Source of the DNA: Phoronis australis
Taxonomy: Eukaryota > Animalia > Phoronida
Assembly: GCA_002633005.1 (NCBI GenBank)
Contig: NMRA01000004.1
Span: 1,121,793-1,185,792 of the forward strand
DNA length: 64,000 nucleotides
Reading direction: 5' to 3'
A program made the position numbers and the translations under genes. The notes under the pieces were generated by a model that was not told the origin of the DNA, made no database searches, and was given only the letters and a program-made list of their open reading frames with translations. Below are positions 12,935 through 22,800 of the stretch, piece by piece; position 1 is the stretch's first letter, and each line of letters begins with the position of its first letter.

Positions 12935-14310
12935 CCGTAAACTTGTGGGTTAATGCCCATGCCCGTGTAATTGCCCATCCGACTTTTGGCAAATTTTCGG
13001 TTTAAGCGCCCACTGCTTGGGTAATCGCCCATCCCCTACTTTGTATTAATTTCCACTTAAGTGTTCACCTCTCGGATAATTGCCCATCCCCAACTTACCA
13101 GTTACAGAACATGCGTTTGAACTCGTGCTTTTGTTCACAGCTTTGCTTCAGGCTCCGACTTCCGTGTTTGCGGAAAGACGGCGTGCTTATACCTGCCTAC
13201 GATTGTCTCGAAAAGTATGTTTTTCAGCTGGCGTTTGTGGAATAACTCAAGCGCGCAACCACCTTTTTAAACTTATCAACTGATCTTTTGATAAATTAAT
13301 ATAGGCCTACTCCGTAATTTTTATAGAAGTGACGATAGCCTCCTACGTACGATGTCCTGGTCGTCACCGACGTAGGTTGTCTAGGTGACAAGTTTTCGAA
13401 TTACCTAGTCTAAATTTTTTCGTATCAGACACCATTTCCGATGCTTTTTTGACTTCAGCAGATCAAATTTCTTGAGTGTTTGGTGAGAACAGGTAAAACT
13501 TCGAAATATCGCCATGTATTTTCAGACGAAGCACTTGATTTTGCTAGATTTTTTACCCATATTTGAATTGATCAATTCATCTAACCACCCTCTCATTGTA
13601 ATTGCACGCATAGACCACGCGATTTTGACAGAATTATTTCCTGGGTCAACTCAGACTTGAATTAATTATTCACACACCCACTCTTGTTGTAATTGCAAAC
13701 GATTGTATCGGTCAGGAATGAATGGATTGTCCTTGTTTTTAACCCAGTGACAGATAAACTAAACAGTGAATCGAAAGTTTATCGGGTTTAATATACAGAC
13801 GACATTAAAAACAACGAGACGGGACCGGAAGGGTTCCAACTAAATACAGTCCTTCGAACACTATCAATACAATGGCGCTGGAAACGACATGTAGTCCCGT
13901 TCACTGATCTGAAACAGTGCTTGCTGATAGGGTTAGTGGACTGCCATTCATAAAGCTACGTTGTATGACATTTTGCAGCAAGCTAATATATTTGAAAACA
14001 TCGGACTTTTTAACAACGTTCTAGCGAAATCACCATTTCATAGTCGAGATCCTGTTTCTGTTTGAGCCATGAAAAATTTTGTGGTTGTCGGGTCCCACCG
14101 TTTGACCAAGTTCCGTGCTCGAATGAACAACCAGTGAGCTTCCCAAGTTCGGCTAAAACTTGGACGTAAGCAGCCACTGCTGGGGTAATCACCCACCCCC
14201 GACTTTCTGCCAATTTTTCGGTTTAAGTGCCCACTGCTTGGGTAATCACCCACCCCCGTCTCAGGGTTTCCCAATTTAAGCACCCAGGGCGTTAACCCAG
14301 GAGATTACGG
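12935..14310. mobile_element. Non-autonomous Tc1/mariner (pogo-like) DNA transposon with TA target-site duplication
   Basis: TA|ccgtaaacttgtgggttaatgccc ... gggcgttaacccaggagattacgg|TA. A ~70-bp direct repeat lies near both ends (12967-13036 vs 14185-14256). No transposase ORF. Confidence 0.85.
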
Positions 14311-14395
14311 TAGTTATCCTCTTCAAGTCCAAACTAGAGCGCATAATTTCTGAAGATGCTGGCTGTTAGTACGGACATCAAATGAACAACGTTAC

Positions 14396-14552
14396 CTCAA
14401 TCTCACACAGTCTATGAGCTCGGCAGTACATTTACTCGAGCTGTTTTTGCTGTGTGGATTTCCATATATGTTGCTCAGCAGATCATGGTGACATCGGTCC
14501 AGTTGAGACTTTGCATACAATGTTGCACCAGCATGATCCAAATATATTAAAT
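14396..14552 (-). CDS. MOCOS: MOCOS coding exon 2 (LIYLDHAGATLYAKSQ...YGNPHS...IDCVRLR)
   Basis: Translated by hand (not in the ORF track). Acceptor tgttttag, donor AG|GTAACG. Contains the YLDHAGATLY and YGNPHS motifs of the NifS-like class-V aminotransferase domain. Confidence 0.95.
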
Positions 14553-15929
14553 CTAAAACATGCATTCAAACAATAAAACATTAAAACATAAACACACGGT
14601 AAACATTCTCTACTTAAGACAGTGAAAAATTATTTTGCTCAAGGTCCCAAATTTTACCAAATTTTGGAAGTAAGCAATACTGGCTGTCCCAAATTCAAGA
14701 ATTACAATCAACATCAAATAATCAGACCTCGTTCACAATGAGGACACACAAAAACATTGCCTCGGAGGCTATTTTCGATGATTTAACCATCTGCCCAGTA
14801 TATTTTCAGTCTCAGTTGAACCAAAAAACGTTGCGCAATATTTGAGAAATACAATGAAAGTCACTCGTGTCAAAATTTTCAGAATCAAAAAATCACATTC
14901 ATCGTGAATTCTGTGTCCCAAATTCTACAGACTGTCCCATACTGGACAATTATTACCATAATGGATTTCATTTTACTTTTGATTCAGGTCACAAACCGTT
15001 ATAAATCTGGTTTCAACACGTTCCTTCGTCACAGTTGAGAAAGCCCAACAGTACATTAGTGCTGGTCAGGAGATCAGGCACGATATGTTGTCTCGTCACA
15101 GCCAATCATTTTACGCATCAAGCTTGATCTTAAACACAGACCAGCTGTTAATTCTTCCCAAGCCTAAATACCCTATCTCCTCTACATGAAGAACAAGCCG
15201 ACACTAATCTTATAGCGGAAAGTGGTCTACTTTCTTTGGTGGGCAAAAGCTGGTATATAGCAGCTTTAACTGAAGAGCCAATACCATCTTCTGATCTGCA
15301 AAGTACTCACAGACAATGGTTAACGTTGCGTCTCGTGACTGACGTATATTTAAATGAAAAACCTGGCGCCATTTTCAATTTCAGGGATAGCCAACTCCAA
15401 TAAAATTGATACAATACGTTTGGCCGACACCTCCCAATTCAGCGTACACACCAGAAAATTTTATGCAAATTACACCAATTCTGGCTGAACTATCAGTCAT
15501 GTTACTGTTTGTACATTTCAAATATAGTTTTTTAATCTGTCCACCTTTAACAAATACTCCAGCAATCAACATTCTTTCTGAATAATCCTTTGTTACGTCA
15601 CCCATCTACCACTAACATCGAGAGCAGGCAACAGATGGCAGACAGGTCCCCCAATCTGTGCAACCTCCTCTTGGCACAGCTGGCAGACGAGTGACCTCCC
15701 CGTAAAACTCTATAGGTTTTCGTTTGTCATCAAGCACATTGAATATAATGACATTCAGTCTTCCATTTCATTGACGGAATGAACAAAAATTTGGAAAAAA
15801 TGTTGAATGCGAGAGTACCCGTTAGAGTGTGAAGGATATAAAGGCCTCAGTGCCTCCAAAGTTGTCAATCAACACTCGAAAGGTACACGTAGTAACGCGA
15901 CTGTTATAGTTTAGCCTGCGTTAAGTATC

Positions 15930-18060
15930 AATTGCAGAAAATTTCCGGCGTACAGGAATGATTGGGATCATCTACACAGATGAGTGAACTGTCTAACACT
16001 CCAATAGCAATGTGACTTTAGATGGTTTAGCACATGGGAGCCTATTTACATCTTTTAGAACAAACCATGCATCATAAGTAAAGAAGATTATGCATACGCC
16101 ATTACACAGGAACACAGAATCGCTGGAAGTGTGACAATGTTGGCTATCTTGCCACAACATGACCAGCGTGTTGATTGCTGTAATTAGTTGCTGCTTGACC
16201 TTTGATCGGGGTCATTCATTGTTTGACCTGGGTTTGAAGGTCAAGCAGGAGGTAAACCAGCCACAAAGTGGCGAGAATGCAAACCTCACCAGACTTTCAG
16301 TGGCGGCTCTATGTTCCCTACTGCTGTCTGTGTGTATGTTCTGAAAGATTGAAATAAACTCCCATGGGGATTTAGCCAATGTTAGGCATAGTTTGCCAAA
16401 AATCTTCAGATATGTGTAGTACCTATGGAATGGCCACCGTCTAAGCTAGCCCAGTTCAGACAGCAGTTAATGTAGGTGACGACACACCCTAATGTAGCCT
16501 GTACGCCGGAAATATTTCAGCAAATTATGCCCAACACTGACCAAAACATCAAAGTTATATTGCTAAGAGAACCTTTTGCACACAAAGGGACACCTTCCCA
16601 TTGATGTCTTTAATTCTGTTCTCAAATGTGCTTCTGGTGAATGATATGAGCCTCTGTTAGCCATGCTCACGCATTTGGTAATTAGCTGAATGATTAGCAC
16701 GCTTACCACTTTCATCTTGGTCGCTGGTTCGATTCCTGGGTCAGGTAATCTCGACAACTAGTATAAAAGAAACATCTTGGAAAGAAATCCTAATCACCAA
16801 AGCATTTGTTTGAGTAGGAAGGAATTAGAGACATAAATGGCCTCCTAAGCCAAGGTGTCTCTCTCTATGGCATCTAAAAAGCAAGAAGGTACTTATAGCA
16901 ACTATTTTTCAGAAAAGCTTCCAGCATATGGCGGACCTATGGGTAGACAGTGCCACCTTCTCAGCTAGCAGTAGACATTGGCCCTTCATATGCTGGAAGC
17001 TTTTCGGTGAATTATGCCTCAAACTGATTAAACGATCAAAGTCACGTTGCTATAAGTACCTTCTGCGCATAAAGGAACATCTTAAGAGTTTGTTGACATC
17101 TTTAATTCCTTCCAACTCGAACAAAAACTCATATTCTAAGCTGTCCTTCGTTCAGTTGCTCAAATGGACAACTGGTCGAAGGACGGCTCAAAAAGGTTCG
17201 ATTATGGGAGTATTTGTTCAAGTTGGAAGGAATTAAAAACACCAACAGTCTCCCAAGGTGCCCTCTATGCACAAACAGTGCTTATAGCAATGTGACTTTG
17301 ATGGTTTAATCAGTGTCAGGCATAATTTGGCAAAAAGCTTCCGGCGTACAAAGGGCCTACGTCGAGAGAGCGATGGCCACCATCTCTGCTAATTGAGATG
17401 GTGGCAGAGTCTACCCTGTGAGATGATAACCCAGTTAGACGGTGTAACTGTTGATCTCGAATGGTAATGCTGCCTAAAACCGAGTAAAGGGAAAATGGAA
17501 AAGGGTTCCTGCCAAGGTCAAGGGCAAGTTCAAGGTATACGACTAACCACTGTCTTTAGCTGGCTCAGAAGAGACGGTGTAGTTCCTACAAAAGCTTCAT
17601 ACTCCAGAAGATCTTTGGCGAAAGATGCCTCACAGCAACTAAAACATCAAAGTTACGTTGTTATAAATACATTTTGCATATAGAGACACCTTAGGAGGCT
17701 GTCAATGTCTTTAGTTCCTGAATTCTTACTTTTTCTTCGAGCAGTCCCTCATTCAGTTCCCGAAATAGGTAACTAGCCATTTTTATTCTACACAAACCAG
17801 CGGATATGTCATACCACCTGCCGCGAGCAGTGTTAAAAATGGCTAGTCTCCGATTTTGGGAACTCAACGAAAGACTGCTCGAAGAAAAAGTGCGAGTATT
17901 TGTTCCAGTTGGAAGGAACTAAGTAAAGACATCAACGCCAACACCGGCCTCCTAAGGTGTCCCTCTATGCGTAAAACGTGATTTCTTTAATCAGTATGAG
18001 GGATAATTCGCCGAAAAGCTTCCGGAGTATGAAACTCCTATAGGAGCTACACCGTCTCTA
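15930..18060. repeat. Cluster of diverged foldback (palindromic) units of one family in MOCOS coding intron 1
   Basis: Arm catcaaagt.acgttgctata...atctttaattcc at ~16545, 17035 and 17645; its reverse complement at ~16800-16930, 17207-17350 and 17894-18033; further fragments at ~15935, 16005 and 16377. Confidence 0.8.
16676..16745 (+). mobile_element. Degenerate tRNA-derived SINE head (Pol III A and B boxes)
   Basis: A-box-like TAGCTGAATGA at 16683 and B box GGTTCGATTCC at 16726. No intact cloverleaf seen. Confidence 0.55.
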
Positions 18061-18175
18061 CTGAACGGCAATCACACTTGCCCTACTGTGCCTACTGAGC
18101 TAGCTATAATTACTAGGTCGGGCTGGGCCAAGGCGCATGAACGGTACTGGGTAATCACCCACTCGTCCAACCTAC

Positions 18176-18260
18176 TTTTCAATCTTTCGAATTCCGTGTT
18201 GCGCACATATTCTATGTCCTCTATAGCAGTGTTTTCGAATTCATGTTTAGGCCTACTCAT
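18176..18260 (-). CDS. MOCOS: Molybdenum cofactor sulfurase, first coding exon (MSRPKHEFENTAIEDIEYVRNTEFERLK, phase 1)
   Basis: ATG at 18260-18258; donor A|GTAGGT at 18175. The 85 nt give phase 1, matching the next exon. 'EFERLK' precedes YLDHAG as in MOCOS/ABA3 N-termini. Confidence 0.8.
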
Positions 18261-18706
18261 AATTGCATCTGCAAGCTACCAAAGGAAAACTTAGTAATCG
18301 TTCAGTCCAAACTCCACACATTCCTCATTGACAACATGACCTTTACCTTTCAAGTTGACGTCTAACAAGGAATTGAAAGCAATAGTAAGAAAACAAAATC
18401 TCTAATATCATATTGTTTATATAAAATATGTTAAAAAATAAAAACTAATTGATATAATTATTTTTAATATTTTTATTTTAATGCCAATATATGGGATTCA
18501 GTGTGATAATTCTTATATCAATGACTGTTTTAAATTTGCATTTCACACTAGCTTCGTGAAGAATCGTCTGCTTTAACAAGTACCAACCAGTATTTGCGAG
18601 TTTCGGGATGGAAACGAATTACTTTCAAACAATGATTTGCTTCAAAGATTTTGTATTTAATTTGAAAAGTAATCTATTTTTTAAATTGCACATTTATACG
18701 ACATAC

Positions 18707-19300
18707 TTGTCAGTGAAGCGCTTTTTCAGGTTCTTCCGCGCGTAGGAATATTAAGCACATGAACTGTAGTTGGTCATTTGCATGGTATCCCTGTGGCTTC
18801 GACTTCTGCCCTTTATCTGCTCCGAAAACCCTTGTGTTAGCTGTGTAACCCTGACAGATCCCGCTATATTCCCAGCCTAGAACCCTTCCGCATTATTCCA
18901 AGGTATGTTTTAACCATTCTTTTCTACCTAATGCCTAACTTGCCTGGTTTAGTTATTTTTTTAGCCCAGCACGCTTCTCGACCGTCCGTAGTCGCCTGAT
19001 TTCCGTTCCCGTCATCTGCCCAGTGAACGTGCACGGCTCTGCTACTTAGTATTGTCAGTCACCCCGTCACTAAAGGATAACTTTCGTTTTATTTCGTATC
19101 ATTTTCTCTCTTGTAACACGTGCATGGGTACCCGATCACACGTCGCCTTTTAATTTCACGATGAACCTTACATTTCTGTAAGTTTCCCTGCATAAAAATC
19201 GTCTGCTATTGCCCTCCCGTCGGCGTAAGCACTTTGCACTCTCGAGCAGTCGTGCATGTCTCTTTACGAGTCGAAATATCACAGGCTTACTGGTTTTGGA
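18707..19300. promoter_or_regulatory. Putative bidirectional promoter / first-exon region for MOCOS (-) and a divergent + strand transcript
   Basis: Local CpG enrichment next to a very AT-rich block (18380-18700). ETS-like CTTCCG cores near 18734 and 18885. Outward-facing donors: minus CAA|GTATGT at 18706 and plus AAG|GTATGT at 18903. Strand A/T skew flips near here. Confidence 0.55.
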
Positions 19301-19700
19301 GTAATGAAGCTGTTTACAGTAAAGAATATTGAAGAAATTGGGCACAAAACTACAGTGGACTTCCAACTGGAATTATTTTCTTGTGTTTGAGGTGCGAATT
19401 GACTGATTGTCACTCAGTGGACTTGGAGACTTGTAAACATGTGTGTCAGGTTACAGTTTGGAAGACTCACAGAAGTGGCAGTTCAGTCATTGAACTTCAG
19501 TAACAGGAAGTTATAATGATTTGAGATTTGAGTTATTAAGGAAACTCGGTGTAATGTATATGTATTTCAAGGGGAATTTCTACCTCTTCATGGTCTAAAC
19601 ATGGATATCATAAAATTAACGGTTGTTTGACTCTTAATAAACTGGCAAAAATATTCCTTGTGATGATACTTGTTTATTCTACTACCAAAAGGACTTGCAG

Positions 19701-19868
19701 GATTTCCTATGGTTGATGCAGAACATCTCCATAGTTTAGTCATCCCATTCAAAATTGATGAATTTCGACACTTTTTTGTATCTGCCAGTGCCCTGGATGA
19801 TCTGTTGGAAATACAGAGGGAAGCCTGCTCAATGTCACCCTCGGTTTCAACGTAAATCATCATAATAG
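19701..19868 (+). other. Candidate exon of the divergent transcript, containing a 48-codon small ORF (19709-19855)
   Basis: ttgcag| acceptor (weak pyrimidine tract) and AG|GTGAGA donor. No open frame with an ATG reads through the donor. Confidence 0.3.
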
Positions 19869-22800
19869 GTGAGATATTCGGTTAACTGGGTTTCGACTTG
19901 GAGGCAATCATAACCACTGTTCAGGAGTATCAGGAAACAACTGAATTTAACCCCCTACCCCAAGTTCCAATAAAGTGGAGTTGAATTGTGGTTGAGTTTA
20001 GATAGAAAATCAAAGTTCGTAATGCTTTAAAGCAAGTGAGAGTTCATTTTCGTCACTTTTAATGACAATATCCGTGAATTTGACTCTAAATCATGACACC
20101 AGGCAAATTATTTTGTAAGTATTTATTGGGAAATGATTCGTTTTTTGACATTTCTTGACAATAACTAGAATAGTTTATTGTCTGTGTGACACTGTGCTCC
20201 ACTGTAAGCTATCATTCATGTAAAAATTTTAAGTCATACTTAGTCTGGTATGCTGAGGTTCTTAAATTGAGTTTTAGGTGGCGAGCAAAAAGTTTGAAAT
20301 GCCTTGAGCTTTCTGCCAAACAGTACAAGAAGGCCTGACAAGATGTGAAACTTTAGAATTTCAAGTTTCCAGACACATATATTTCTTAAGTGCTAGTTTA
20401 CGTAGCCCTATATTGTGTCTTAATGTTTGACATTAAACACTTCAAGTTCCTAATATCCTCTGCTTTTGAAACTCTATCACCTTTGTTCCTCAGGCCTGTT
20501 TCTATGTATGGTGGTTGTTTATTGGTAATTTTACATTTCTTTAGAACACACTGTATAACCCATATTGATCATTTAATGTCCGTTCTTATGAACATTTAAA
20601 TTGAACTTAAAGCCTGTAAGTTAGTCAAGCAATCAAGACTTATTCAGAGCCATATCGATTTTAAAATCATTGCTTGTCTCTGCTAGGCTGGGTCATTAAC
20701 GCTCTGGTTAGGGGATGACTTACCTGATAAACAGGAATATTGATTAAAGTGCTTGGGTATTTACTTAGTCAAATATTAACCACACAGACTTTGTTGAGCT
20801 TTTAGTGCATATTAAGCTCAGTAAAACATTTTGTTTAATTGAGTGCATTTTCTTTGTTCATTCATGTCAAATGTCACAAATCCATAGTTTGGTTGCGTAA
20901 TTACTATTGATTAGAACAAATCGTCAATTTACTGTGGTGTTCCTGTGTTTTCATTGTGTTAGGACAGTGCAGCATACCAAAGAGCTGAAAGTGTGATTTA
21001 TTGGTTGGTATCTAATATTTCCTGACCACAGTGTGGCTAGAATAAAAATTGATTGAACCAGTTACATTTGCGGTGGATGGCTATAATTACTCTGTATCAT
21101 GCTGTTGGTAGTTGGTGAAGCTGGCAGGAAATTTGGTTAGACTTTATAGTGGACATAAATGTTTTAAATAGGCTGGAGCTGTGATGTTTCAGTCTGAACT
21201 GATAACATGTTATTTATGTCTCTGACAACATTTCTGGTCATATAATACCCAAGAAGTGCCCTTGCCTGCTCATTAGCCAGGACTTGCAGCTCTTATCTGG
21301 CATGGGAATTAGTCAAGGAAATGAACGAAATCCTGGGGTACTGAGTGGGATCACCTTGATGTATAGCCCTTTATGAAGGCTTGGTGAAGAAACTTAGTTA
21401 GACTTTGCTGGCAAATTGGACTGTATGCTATTGACACACTGTCTAAAGCTTTGCCATAAAATGGGGATTAGGTTTAGTAAATAGTGACATATCTTGAATG
21501 GAATGTCCAAGGGATTTATCAGTCCCCTTCAATTGTGACCTGCCCTAATTTACTGCATTCAAACTGGTTGTTAGATAATAGCATCCCTAACTACCTAACC
21601 CTTGCACCACTTGTCAAAAGGGTCTTACACCTGCTTATTATGAAGAGATGACAGGTGGTTAGGTAATATACTGGCTGTGACCCAAGTTACTGTTCTCTTC
21701 TGTCTTTTCCTGTTTCTCATTTGTTTCCCATTCTTGAAATTGTCATATTAAAAAAGACTTGCCCTCAACTGGCACTCACTCAAAACCTGTTTATATATAT
21801 TTATTTATACCACTCTCTGTCTTTATGGGGTCTGAATGAGATGTTGGGTGTTCATTGTCGTGCCCTAGTTTACTAGTGGAAATTTATTCCATGGGTGTTA
21901 CACAATACGGACTTGTTTAATCACACTATGTTTTTGTATGCTGAGAGATCATCCTCCTCTCTGGTACTGTTGAGTATACCTTTAATCGCATCTGTCAATA
22001 AAAGTTTGCCCTGGAACAAAGTACGACTTTAATATAGTGCTGTGTGTGCACCCACTGTTTTTCTTGGGGATAAGTTTACCAAGCGCTTCCCTTATCTTGT
22101 CGACAGAGTATCGTGATATTAGCTATATGCAGGTCTACGATACCTGCCAGTACATGGAAAAATTGATTGGACAGCAGGTAAAAATAAAAGGTTGATAATT
22201 TCGCCAGACTTGGGAAAATTCTGACTCCATGTACCTTGAAAACGCATTATTTTCGTCAAAATAAGCTCTTTGGACACTGTTATGTAATTAAATTACAAGT
22301 TGTCGCAAAACTACGCCTGGCCAGTCTGCTGCATGTGTGATGCAAGTTTTTACCAAGATGACAAACTTTGCTACAAGGGAATAATAGGTTAGACATGGTG
22401 TCACGTTACTTGTATCCATGCCCTAAACTCACCACAATACTATGTTCACAAGATTGATTTTTCGAAAATATAATTGCTTTGAAAACTAGATTTGTCAATA
22501 TTAAAACCGTAGTCAGACATCTATGGTTGACTCTTTGTCTCCAGGGGTGATTTTGCAATAGCAAGTTGTACTGTTGCTGTTGTCATGAATTGCAAATTTT
22601 GATAAGATATCTAATGATCCTTGAAACCCCCAGCAATGTAAATTGATTCCTATTCATGAATAAACTTATTTACTCATTGCTGTGTAAGAAGTTGTGCTTG
22701 GCACTTCAGTGTAACCTACCCCCTGTTATGGTTCTCTCATATCCACATGAACTAAGATGTAATGCTAAATATTATTTGTTGTGAAACTTTGATTCTAAAG

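Noticed and set aside
16676-16745. Functional tRNA gene
   Set aside because: Has A/B boxes but no acceptor or anticodon stems; treated as a SINE remnant.
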